Positions 52,500 to 64,000 of a stretch of DNA of 64,000 nt are shown here, one piece after another. Positions within the stretch are counted from its first letter, which is position 1, and every line of letters begins with the position of its first letter. The position numbers were made by a program, and so were the translations under genes. The notes beneath the pieces were generated by a model. The model had not been told where the DNA came from. It saw nothing but the letters and a program-made list of their open reading frames with translations, and searched no databases. This DNA is from Eledone cirrhosa (lineage: Eukaryota), in contig OZ024740.1 of assembly GCA_964016885.1 (NCBI GenBank), positions 338,582,001 through 338,646,000 on the forward strand, written 5' to 3'.

Positions 52500-54030
52500 T
52501 TTTTAAAAAAAAGAAAATCTCTTTTAGCCATCTGGCATCAACACTGGCTTAAGGTATTTGAAAGTTGCAAAGATTTTGTGCATGCAATTCGGGCAGTGTT
52601 CAGAGAGTTTATTCAGTAGCGGGCTCTTGGCAAATAATATTTCGTAGCTCTCTGAAATACAAAGATCGCAGCACTTGTGTCCTCCCTTGTATGAGCGCGT
52701 TTTCTGGAGTATTTTCCATTTAAGCGTAAGGGGCAGGGGTCCTTTTGAGGTCCCAGATATAGGAGGCAAGTGTTGTCTGATTGGATTTGTCCGGTCTTCT
52801 GAAAGAGTGGGTATGGGCATACCAACGGGTCTTAAAATTATTGGAAGTCATGCCTATGTAAGTCTTTTTGTTGTCGTCATCGGTGCCTGAGATTACATCA
52901 CATTTGTATACCATGTCATTTGTCAGGCATTTGTTTTCAAGTGGGCAGGTTCCTTATTTAGGCAGTTGCACAAGGCTTATGTCCGGGGATTGGGTTCAGA
53001 GGTAGTAGACTTATTTACATTTTTAGAGTTGAGGTTGGCTATATTCGTAGCTAGGTTAGGTGTAGGAGAGTCTTATTGTGTTCTTATTGAAGATGGCGTA
53101 GTACCTATGTTGTATGGGGAAGTGTGTGTTCAGCAAAATGAAGAAAATCCCAGCTATAGGTGTAGAGACCTCTCTATTGAAGAGAGCGCTGTACCAACTA
53201 ATCTGCCTATGCCTATTACTCCTAGGTATTCTTGGGGTCGTTTCTAGTTAAGTGATCTTTTCTTTAAATCCGCTGCGGGCGAGGGCGTCATTGTAGTAGG
53301 AGGCGAAGGCGTTAAATATATCTTCATTGGCCGAGAGGCCGGAGATTTTAATTGAGACGCTTTTTACTAAGTCATCAGTGTTGTTTTTCGGGTGGTTAGA
53401 TTTAACATTAATATATCTAAGGGACTCGTTAGGTTTGTGGTACGGGTAATAGAGGGAAGTATCTAGGTTGAGAGTGACATCTAAAAAGTTGGCCCTAGTC
53501 ATATTAGATTCTATTGTTATACTGAATCCTCCTAGATTACGGAAGAACGAGCTTAAGTTTCTCCGAAACCCATCAGTGGTTCTGGGGTTAACCTTGTGCA
53601 AGGCGAAGAGACTGTCGTCTCGGTATAATCCTCCGGTGAGGCCAGTGAAGAGGTACTTCAGGTGATGTAAAATGTGCAGGCCCACGAGGTCGCTTCTTTC
53701 AGGCAAATCACTCACTTCCATGCTGATGTCAAAAAGGTCTGAGACAACTTGTTGATCCAGTAAGATCCCTCGTGGTGTAGAAAGGTCTTACGGGCGTGGA
53801 GAATTACATCTTGCTCAGCGTATGTGATGGTGGTAAAATTCCTGGCAAAAGCAAGTGCGTCCTTCAGGAGGGGCTCTGAGATAGAAGCATAGTAGTCTTC
53901 TATGTCGAGTTGCAGAAAGCGAGTGTGGCGTTTGTCTGGCAATTTTTGGAACCAAAAGATTGCCTCGGATGTTCTGCTCCAGAGTGGGAGTGGTGAGGCA
54001 GCCCGCTATGATGGTAGAACTCTATCGATG
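52500..54030 (-). pseudogene. Penelope-like RT + GIY-YIG ORF, 5'-truncated and frameshifted
   Basis: FLQLDIEDYYASI, GGLYRDDSL, NFLDVTLNL, YINVKSNHP, VYKC..TYIGMTSNNFKTRWYAHTHSF, CDLCISE. Confidence 0.92.
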
Positions 54031-54103
54031 TATTATGTATATGTTTGTGTGTATGTGCGTATATATGTATGTGTATATGTATGTATATGCGTATATATGT
54101 ATA

Positions 54104-54154
<51 letters not shown>

Positions 54155-54313
54155 GTATATAGATATATGACCAAAGATTAGTATGGTTCGTTGATTACTC
54201 AATGAATACAATTTTACAATAGATTAGAAGCACTCAACTGGAAAAAGGTTTTCCTGGAGTTTTTAATATTATTTAAAATATTAACAAATGAAAAATATTC
54301 TCATAGTCAAAAT

Positions 54314-54384
54314 ATATACTTTATTATATATATTTCAAAGGTACTGTGTTTTTTTTCAGTACGTCCTCATCAGACAAAATATAT
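54314..54384 (-). ncRNA. Minimal type I hammerhead ribozyme (element 54165-54405)
   Basis: ATATATTTTGT-CTGATGA-GGAc GTACTG..CAGTAC cTTT-GAAA-TATATA-TA-ATAAAGTATAT; 11-bp stem I. Confidence 0.85.
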
Positions 54385-54400
54385 TTTCTCTGATGAGGAC

Positions 54401-54429
<29 letters not shown>

Positions 54430-54434
<5 letters not shown>

Positions 54435-54667
54435 TGTATGTATATATGTATTTATGTATGTGTATGTGTGTATATGTATGTATATATATATGTGTGTATG
54501 TGTGTATATATGTATGTATATGTGTACGTATGTATGTGTGTGTGTGTGTATATATGTATGTAAATATGTGTATAAATATATATATATATATATGTATACA
54601 TTTGTGTGTGTATGTTTATATTTGTATCTATGTCTATGTGTACGTATGTATATGTATGTATGTACGT

Positions 54668-54715
<48 letters not shown>

Positions 54716-55958
54716 ATATGTGTATATATGTATATGTGTGTGTATGTATATATATTTATATATATGTGTGTGTATGTATATATGTTTATATATATATTTG
54801 TGTATATATATGTATATATGTGTATGTATGTGTATGTATGTGTGTATGTGTATATATATATATATGTATATATATATGTGTATATATATATGTATATGTA
54901 TGTGTATATATATATGTATGTGTGTATGTATTTATATGTATGTTTGTTGTGCGTTTGCCTGTATGTGTGTGTAAGTGGGGCCCGTGTATATGTGATTGTT
55001 GACACCTGGAATATAAATTAAGGGAAACTTCACAATATGGGGAAGCACCCCAACACTTGAACCTGTTTATAGAACCCTTTCTGCCTTTGTCACCCTTATT
55101 TCAGCCTCAAAGAATTAGCTTCTAAAGAATTTCCCTTTTCTTTAAACCAACGAATCCAACCATCCGGTAGACTTACAGGCTTGCGGGGTTAGCTTTGCCT
55201 TTCATCCTTACGGTGTCGATAAAATAAAGTACCAGTCACGCACTGGGTAATTGCTGGCCTTGTGCCAAAAGTAGAAACATTTATTAGTTATCGGAAGGTG
55301 GATTGGCAGTATCGGTAGAGGATCGGACGCCATGCTTTGACGCATTGAGTTACGGCCCTTGCCATTCTCAGTTCAAATCCCGCCGGGGTTAACTTTGCCT
55401 TTCATCCTTACGGGGTCGATAAAATAAAGTACCAGTAATGCACTGGGTAATTGCTGGCCTTGTGCCAAAAGTAGAAACAATTATTAGTTTAAGAGATAGG
55501 GCGGTGGATTGGCAATATCGGTAGAGGGTCGGACGCTATGCTTTGCAGCATAGTTACGTCCCTTTACAGACTGAGTTCAAATCCCGCCGAGGTTAACTTT
55601 GCCTTTCATCCTTATGGGGTCGATAAAATAACGTACCAGTAATGCACTGGGTATTTTCTGGCCTTGTGCCAAAAGCAAAAATAATTATTAGTTTAAGAGA
55701 TAAATAAGGATTGGTATTCCAATTCGAATTTGTTTACAGTATTCTTTCAGCCTTTGTTAATATTATAGCTTCAAAGAATTAGCTTTTAATGAACTCCCTC
55801 TCCTTTAAATTCATCAACCAATGACCCCCATCCATCCCAACCCCCACCTTCTACCACTAGAAAAGATATAAATACCACCACATTTACTTGGACAGTCAGC
55901 TTCCTGATGATTTCTCATGAATGAAACAGTTCTAGTCCTGTAGAAGCTTTTCTATATT

Positions 55959-55962
<4 letters not shown>
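54430..55962 (+). mobile_element. Penelope pLTR/3' UTR copy (family 1), inverted relative to the ORF, hammerhead at 55898-55948, interrupted by three SINEs
   Basis: TG-rich part matches the reverse complement of 51550-51880; unique part matches the reverse complement of 49465-49960. Confidence 0.82.
55181..55682 (+). mobile_element. Three tandem SINE copies (55181-55279, 55295-55479, 55499-55682)
   Basis: 20-bp TSD AATTATTAGTTTAAGAGATA (55479-55498/55683-55702); empty site in paralogous arm at about 49705-49740. Confidence 0.92.
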
Positions 55963-56013
<51 letters not shown>

Positions 56014-56019
<6 letters not shown>

Positions 56020-56960
56020 GTTTACATATACATAAAGTTATAGATATATATGTTGCAACTGGTCACGTTGTAGCTCTATGAAGAATTAATAAATTAAATA
56101 ATCAGAGCAATATATCATAAATCATGTCCTTAGAATTATTAGATAAAATATATACCATTTCCTCTCCCAATTAGCATAATTAACCATATAAAAAATCAAT
56201 TAGACCAAGCTATAAGAATAAAGGCTCTTATGAAGAAATTTCCGACAAATAACTGAAAGCGGCCTCTTCGCGGTGGCCCCAATAGAGTATTTATCCAACA
56301 TTTCAACAGCATGTAGAAACTGACTAAATATACCATCAACCATACTCAATTAGATGCAAATTCAAACTTAGAAGAAATGTGTACATACCGTAATTATATC
56401 TCTACCATGGTTTCATCTGTATTTTTAGACATCCAATTAATAGGATATGTCCGGAGTATCGGATTCATCAGGAGACAAACTCAAAATTAGACATTTAGTT
56501 TTCCAAAGTGATCGCGCCAAAAATAGATTCAAAAATGGCTAAGAATCGTGACGTGGCAGTGGTCAAGTTAGAAAGAATGTGATTAGTTGCTTACGGCGGG
56601 TAGGCTTGTTGCTAGAAAGCGCAGCCAAATATCGCCCAATTGTATCTCAACCTAACGGAAGATTATTAAATATAAAGGTTTACATATACATAAAGTTATA
56701 GATATATATGTTGCAACAGGTCACGTTGTAGCTCTATGAAGAATTAATAAATTAAATAATCAGAACAATATATCATAAATCATGTCCTTAGAATTATTAG
56801 ATAAAATATATACCATTTCCTCTCCCAATTAGCATAATTAACCATATAAAAAACAATTAGACCAAGCTTGGTCTAATTGATTTTTTATATGGTTACTTAT
56901 GTGCTAATTGGGAGAGGAAATGGTATATATTTTATCTAATAATTCTAAGGACATGATTTA

Positions 56961-56968
<8 letters not shown>
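56014..56968. repeat. Partial tandem plus terminal fold-back element between TA tracts
   Basis: Direct repeat 56014-56211/56672-56868; hairpin centred on CCAAGCTTGG (56862-56871); decayed CTGATGA on minus strand near 56465. Confidence 0.85.
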
Positions 56969-56998
<30 letters not shown>

Positions 56999-57147
56999 AG
57001 AAGTGTATTTCAACAGGTTAAAATTAACTTCGTTTATTCATATTCGCTGCAATATATATTTCTGAATCTGGGCATATGAACGAATTAACAATGAATTAAC
57101 TCTATTCCACCATTATGTGTCCCTGTTTTTTTTCTGTTCAAGTACTA

Positions 57148-57206
57148 GCTGCCTGATGAGGTCATAATTATTGAATTATGGTTATCACCGAAATATATAT
57201 TGTAGC
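57148..57206 (+). ncRNA. Minimal type I hammerhead ribozyme within inverted repeat 56997-57256
   Basis: GCTGC-CTGATGA-GGT CATAATT..AATTATG..ACC-GAAA-TATATA-TT-GTAGC; the inverted arm retains GCAGC. Confidence 0.82.
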
Positions 57207-57384
57207 GAATATGTATAAACAAAGTTAATTTTAACCTGTTCACTAACACTTCTTGCTTTAAATTACTCTGGAGGAAACACTCACCTGTACACTTCATTGA
57301 GTGCTCTAACCTGCATACTGAGGTGTCAGTAAGCAACCAACACAAACTCAAATTTTTATATATATATATGTGTGTGCGTTTGTT

Positions 57385-57576
57385 TGTGAGTCCCGGATTC
57401 AATTGGGGGTAACCACAGTAAGTAAGGTACTCAACATAGAGTATATTCAAGATTTAATATAGAAATGGCTTCTACAGGACTAAAACTGTTCCATTCAAAG
57501 GAAATCACCAGAAAGTGCTTTCCTTGTGATTTCCTTTGAATGAAACATTTCTAGTCCTGTAAAAGTCATTTCTATG

Positions 57577-57641
<65 letters not shown>

Positions 57642-57760
57642 AGAGTATTGAAGTTTGCTTGAAGCATTGTGGAATAATAAGGTATATTTCTTTAGGTCGT
57701 TTTGGAAGCCTCAACAATGCAGAAGGGTAAATCTCCGGGTAAGAAGATCCGGTGGTGGAG
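57385..57760. mobile_element. Decayed family 1 pLTR pieces forming a short inverted pair
   Basis: 57460-57575 holds two mutated copies of the 49479 hammerhead; 57640-57745 matches the reverse complement of 49295-49395. Confidence 0.7.
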
Positions 57761-58084
57761 AGAGAGCTGTAAGTGAATGTAGGTTGAGATGTGTAGCGTG
57801 TAGAAGAATGTAGGAAAGAGCGTAAAGGATAAAATTAATAACACGAGATAGAGTTACCTTGGGAGAGAGTTAATTGTCCCTATATATTTCGGACTCACAT
57901 CCATCAACTGGGTTTTTTTTCTCCATATATAGGGTTTAAGATGGTAATATGGACGAAACAAGAGAAGGGCCCTTTCATCAGCTGTAAACTACAGATCATA
58001 GATGTTTCGGCGCTTAAAATAGGACATCAAAAGCAATCAGCAGTAACCACACAGCTCACTTTGTTTCTTGTAATTTTGTATATT

Positions 58085-58119
<35 letters not shown>

Positions 58120-58120
58120 C

Positions 58121-58403
58121 TTCAAAATATTAATAGATATAGACATTCATGTGATCAAATATATTTTATTATACATATTTCAGGGGTGCTGAACAATTTC
58201 ATCAGTACGTCCTCATCAGATAGCTCAGATAGCTCAGAACCTCTGAAATATGTATAATAAAATATATTTGATCACATGAATGTCTATATTTATTAATATT
58301 TTGAATTAATATTAATAACTCCAGAAAACCTCACTGTCGAGTGCTTCTAATCTATTGTAAAACTTTATTCATTGATTAATCAATGAACCTTGTTAAACTT
58401 TTG

Positions 58404-58410
<7 letters not shown>
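58121..58410. mobile_element. Inverted-repeat element with minus-strand hammerhead (58165-58222), same family as 54165-54405
   Basis: Arms 58121-58186 and 58241-58305; CTGATGA-GGACGTACTGA..TCAGCACCCCT-GAAA-TATGTA-TA. Confidence 0.78.
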
Positions 58411-58442
<32 letters not shown>

Positions 58443-58559
58443 AAAAGTAAAAAAAAATGCAACAGAAAATGCTAGACGGATTTTTTCAGTATAACATAAC
58501 ATTTATTTATAAAGTAGGGATTTCCACATTTAATCATGTACCGGTTTCAGCTTTATATG

Positions 58560-58611
<52 letters not shown>

Positions 58612-58619
58612 GAGGATAT

Positions 58620-60004
58620 CAGGAAAAACTAGACATTTATTTAAGTTCACGGAAGCATTTATTTTTACAATAGAGTCTCAAACACGTGTTTCAATATAGT
58701 TATATAATCGCCTATGAAATCTGAATTATTACGCAAACCACTTAAGTGTATAAGTTGGAGTAGTTGTAATCAAACCTAAACATAGCCAATAGACTGTGTT
58801 AGTGGGTGATTAGAGGAACCGGGAGTGGCAATAAGTACAGAAGTATAGTTTATAATTAGTCAGTCACTAGGAATGTTGGCCTGTTGAAATAGATGGGGGA
58901 GAGAACGTATTTAGGAAGAGGCGAAAGTAGGTGCTCTAGGTATATTAAATTTATGGGAAAATAAAGGTTTTGAAGTAAAGGAAGAGAAGGAAGGATAAAG
59001 ACAGATAGTAGAAACATAATCTAGATCATATCAATATTGTAGACAGAACGGTGGCGCCATACGAGATGAGGAAAAAGTAGATTATTGGCACGTTGAAATA
59101 ATGAGATATATGACTGTAATAAAAGTGAATTAATATGAATGCGTATGGCTACTGGAATTATCCTAAAACTACATGCAAGGATCTGGGTTCGAATCTTATA
59201 TAGCTGTGATAGTTGGTGGTGTGTGTGTTGTAGATTTTATTTGTTTTTGTTGAGGATACCTGTTTTAGGTTAATATGCGGGTGCGTTTATTATCTAAAGT
59301 GTACTGTAGTATAAGTGTACTAAAGTCAGTTGTGGTTTGGGTGTGTATGAAAGTGAGATGTGTATATTACCTAAGCTAGTGTTATAGAACATATATAATG
59401 GTTAATCTGTTGTATAGATGTAAAGTTGTCTACATAGAGAGTAGGAGAATTTAGAAGATTGTGTTAGTATCGATGCTATTTTGAAAAGATAGTCTGAGTT
59501 TTGTGTTGGCAATTAAAACTTCAGTCGTGGCTTGAGTTTAATAGATCTCCTCCAGGCATAATCTCTAATATTTACAAGAAGAGAAGTTCGCAATCTCACC
59601 TTTCCTTCTGACGTGGTCTGGCACATATTAAAATCGACCATGATAACTAATAAACCATATTAGTCGGTTTCAGATCCTAGATTTTCTTTGCTTTGCGAGC
59701 GCTGTTGCTTTCTGCAGCTCCGGGCTTTTTAATGAGTAGGTGTGTACATATAGTGTTGTTTTCTTGAATTAGAGATTCATTTTAATTTCACATTAATAAA
59801 AGATATTTTTAAACATCAAAGGGTATTTATTGAGTTGCTTAAAATTGCTGTTTCTCCGTGTTTGTCAATTGGGGTTTGTTTCCGGTCGGTTATTTGAGAT
59901 GGTAGTGGAGTTGTAAGTAAGCTGAGCAAGATTTAACTCATTTGTTTATCAAGTTACCAATTATGTGTGGTGTTATTTAGTTAAGTAGGCTGAGTAGAGA
60001 TTTT

Positions 60005-60005
<1 letters not shown>
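58620..60005 (-). mobile_element. Highly decayed Penelope-like 3' region
   Basis: Minus strand near 59500-59625 translates to ARP....CEL...LEIM....LLN.....NCQHK, like the GIY-YIG C-terminus; boundaries approximate. Confidence 0.5.
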
Positions 60006-60034
<29 letters not shown>

Positions 60035-60040
<6 letters not shown>

Positions 60041-61152
60041 TAACAGATTAAAATTTAAGCAAAGAATCGCTGCTTTCACCCTTAACAGGATCTTATGAAA
60101 CTAACAAAGTCAATCTGTGAACGCAGAAGTGAATATTTCAAAAAACGTTGCAACCGTAGGAAGACAGGGAGACGATACTTTGGTTCGTGGAAACGTTCCC
60201 TGGCAAAGAACAGGAAAAAACGAATATAATACGTCATTATTTGGAGCGGTGAAAAACAATTACACGAAAAGACAAAACCACGTTTATGGTATAAAAGAAG
60301 TCGTAGACTAATATTCTCTTAGGTAGTTCATAGAGATGTTCTCTGGCAATGAACGGAAAAAACGAATATAATACGTCATATGTGGAGCATGGAGAACAAT
60401 TGCACGCAAAGACAAAAACCACGTAAATGGTATAACTGAAGTCGTAGACTAAAATTCTAACTAGGAAACCGAATGATTCTCGGCTTCAGAGTTAAGAATA
60501 AAGTAAATAAAATACAGAGGTAATTGAAATTAAATAAATACATACACGCATCCATATACGTACATACACAAGCATACGGGAAAACACTCGCCATAGGTAT
60601 ACAAATACACGCACATATAAATATGTGTGCGTGTGTGTGTGTGTATACAAATAATTAAATAAACGTATATAAATAAATTACGTATATAACAAGCGCACAC
60701 ACATACCAAAGCACGAAGTACACATATACACACACCCTACATACGTACGAACCCGCATACTCACACAAACGCAAAACTCACGTATACACATAACCAAAAG
60801 CATGTGTACCAGAATATATAAAATATACGCCATAACATATACAATCAAATATACGTACGAGAAAGTATACGTACCTTCACAAAACATACAGGTAATATAT
60901 ACTTACCTATGCAAATAAGTAATGGTATAAACATAACATATACTGAGCTACCACATCAAGACGTAAAATATCCGCGTATAGATCGTACTATCCGTTAGGG
61001 TATAATGTGGGGCTGTAATACAGGAAAGTTGTGTGCAATTTATGTTTACAAGCCGAAATTGCCTCAGATTTTTTGTTTAAGATGTGGTCTGTGGCGTAGA
61101 GTATTTCCAGGGCCTCAGCGGCGCAGAAGTCACACGGTCTTTTATTTCCGTT
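60035..61152 (-). mobile_element. Second copy of the 30.7-kb Penelope family (GIY-YIG end + 3' UTR)
   Basis: Reverse complement aligns to 31400-32497; extra internal tandem 60213-60317/60356-60459. Confidence 0.9.
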
Positions 61153-61693
61153 AAAATTAGAGTCCTACAGATTAGAATGTAGACTTAAACGTTAATCAGT
61201 GAGGAATACAACTTCGTGGGGGTAGGAAATTTGAGATACTCGAACCGGTGCATTAGTTTCTGCAATTCCAATCTGCCGGCGGTGGCCCTAATGTACCGAA
61301 ACTAGGTAATGTTAGCGTACACTACGTAATTTGGCAGGAACCGCTTCGTGTGTGGGGGTTCGCCTCCTTGGACATGGAATGTTCCGTATTGCTATCTAGT
61401 ACACCAGGTTGGTGGAAACAAATGATGTAGTAGTAAACCTCAAACTTTCTGTGACGTAAGACGTTACATCAAAGGGGAGGTAAGCCAAGCCTGACCAGTT
61501 AACAGGGAACATATGCTGGCGTTGATACAAATTTTAAAAGGTGATCATGCCAGAAGCATCTACTAGGATGTTATCGTAGAGAAAACGAAGACAGAATAGC
61601 AAACAATAAATATCATAAATTGAATTAGGATAAACAAAGTGAGAAAGTTCAACTAACAATTCAAAGGCAGGTTAGTCCCTGGGAGTAAGAGAT

Positions 61694-61776
<83 letters not shown>

Positions 61777-62339
61777 ATAGGTTGGTAAAGATACCTAAGG
61801 TATAGAGCAACTCAGGTGCATAGGATGAGACTCCTTCATCAAATGGAAGATACTAGGAAATCTCGACCATATATAAATGGGCACAAAGCCTGCCAATTAT
61901 GCAATGCCAAAAAATGGTGGATATTGAATGATCTTCACAACAATAACAAACCACTTAACACATGAACAGAGTTCTTCTCACGATGTTCTCAGGTTTTTAA
62001 GTACCTTTTACAGAATTTACCTCCTTAATATTGATTTATGTGTTGCCACAAAAAAAAATCCTTCTTAATTTATCAATTTCTTTTTTACCCCCCTCATCCA
62101 TATCAATTTTTTCATAGACTCCTAGAGTACTACTGTGGACCCCCAATTTACTATTGTTTTATGTGGACCAAAAATATTCTTATATGGACTGTGGTTGAAA
62201 ACCATTGATCTAACCCAACAATGGACTACCAAAGCATATACATATACTATCTGAAGCTGAAATAACTCAGATATATGAGTAAAGTAACATTGGATCTCAA
62301 TAAACCAGTTAATGTAAGAAAATACATTCTCAAAGTCAA

Positions 62340-63520
62340 AAATGCATCATACATAGAAATACAACTTTTAAAATGTATATAATGGAAATACAAACAAGAA
62401 ACAAGAAACTAACAAGAAAATATGCAAACAATGAGTCATTAATATTAAGGTTCAAAATATTGAGAACACAAATGACAAAAATATACTTAACACATGCAGA
62501 CAAACAGAAATATGGAAAACAAACAAAATATAAAACAAAAAAGAACAAAAACATCATACCTACAATTTACTGACCATTGACAAATAATTTGATGTAAGGG
62601 AAATAACTCTAAAATCTAGCTTAGGACAGCTGTGATTGGCATATAGCTCTCCAGTTAAAAATAATAGAAAAGGACAGAAGAAGAATTGAGGCCATTGTTT
62701 TGGCTGCCTTTTCTGATTCTATGCAATAATTATTAGTTTGTTCACAGCGTGCTTATGACATTCTTCAATTATATTCAATCCATGTCAATTGAGTGCAGTT
62801 TACTAAATGAATGCATTAAAAATCTGCACAAATAAAAATATGAAATGCAAGTGAATAGGAGAAAGATTTAGAAGCAGGTAATTAAAAAAATGGAAATTCT
62901 GAATACGACAAAAATCTAAAGGCGGAAATGGTTAAATAATTAAAATCAATAGAATATCTTCAAATGGACCAACAAGTCATAAAATCTAACCACAAAATGG
63001 CAACAAAAAATTAGAATTATGTAAACCTGGGCATTATATACTGAATGAATAGATGGGAACATCAATATCATGAACATAAAGCAAATAATCTTAACAACAG
63101 CAGCAATAGTCTCAAAGAAAACTGCTCATATAAAATATCAAAACTCATAAAACAAATATACAGAGAAAGCTACTACAGAGTAAAAGTAAATATCTTTTAA
63201 ACTCTAACGAAATCAACAATAAAAAAAAGCAACTGAGAAAATAAAATAAGGAAATGAACGCTACAAAAATATAACATAAAAATAAGTATCCAAAATCAAA
63301 GATGAGATATTCGCTAAATCGCAAAAAATCTGTTTTTAAGTAACAAAAAAAAAAGACGATTTTTTGAAAAGAAAATGCTCGTCTCAAATCCGAAATGATT
63401 TTATCAAGTACTGTGTAACACTAATAGAGAAATCACTGCAGCTCCAACGGCAAGAGAAGTTGAAGAATTTTGGGGAAAGAGTCTAAACAGCAGATGGATT
63501 GCTTCTGACAAGAATGTTCA
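62340..63520 (+). mobile_element. Old decayed Dong-like N-terminal fragment
   Basis: 63297-63478 translates to IKDEIFAKSQKI..FFEKKMLVSNPK.FYQ..PTAREVEEFWG, matching the pre-RT region of the Dong copies; 5' boundary uncertain. Confidence 0.55.
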
Positions 63521-64000
63521 AAACAATCATCTTCCTAAAATCTGCTATCAGGATAGAGTTGACCACACACAATAATGAGCCCCATATGTTGGAAAAGCTC
63601 TTTCAGTGCATTTCCTTTGCTATCCTCTGAAATAATGCCTTTTCAATTCTGTATATTGGCACTATGAGGAGACATCTGTCTAATGTTTCGTCTGATGTTT
63701 CAATGAAAATATGAGACAACCTTTCATTGGTCGGTTTGTGATGTTACCATTGGCCACTACATAGGCACTTTTGTAATTACATGTATACATACATACATAC
63801 ACACTTATGTACACATATGCACACCTACACACACACATACATACACATATATATACACACACATATGCACACATACATACACATACATACACACATGCAC
63901 ACACGCATACATACACACTCACATACATACATGTAGTAATTATTATTGCAACACTAGGTTAGTTCAATTGACTACATTGTTCCTCTACATTGGTTGATAT

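Noticed and set aside
61244-61305. 11-bp stem followed by GAAAC, and GGTTCGA on the minus strand
   Set aside because: No CTGANGA upstream and no cloverleaf; cannot call a ribozyme or tRNA.

Overview
Eukaryotic, AT-rich, microsatellite-saturated intergenic or intronic DNA made almost entirely of transposable elements. The SINE families and repeat style suggest a coleoid cephalopod (octopus-like); this is inference. No intact host protein-coding gene is evident. Three layers stand out. (1) From 2.0 to 23.1 kb there is a nest of non-LTR retrotransposons built on an (ATT)n/(AAT)n microsatellite. Two families of R4/Dong-type RT+RLE elements all lie on the minus strand. A Tx1/L1-type APE+RT family and a tRNA-derived Meta-core SINE all lie on the plus strand. 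The SINE 3' tail resembles the Tx1 3' end and its TSDs start with ATTAT, suggesting a target-specific Tx1/SINE pair. (2) Penelope-like elements (RT + C-terminal GIY-YIG) and many short derivatives are inserted in (TA)n/(CA)n as long inverted repeats. They carry about 15 type I hammerhead ribozyme motifs from several families, including one composite that also holds two copies of a 71-nt tRNA-like cloverleaf. (3) There are older RTE fragments, a mariner, a MITE and minisatellites. One SINE fragment carries a dense T>C (A>G antisense) cluster resembling genomically fixed ADAR hyper-editing. All alignments and folds were done by eye.
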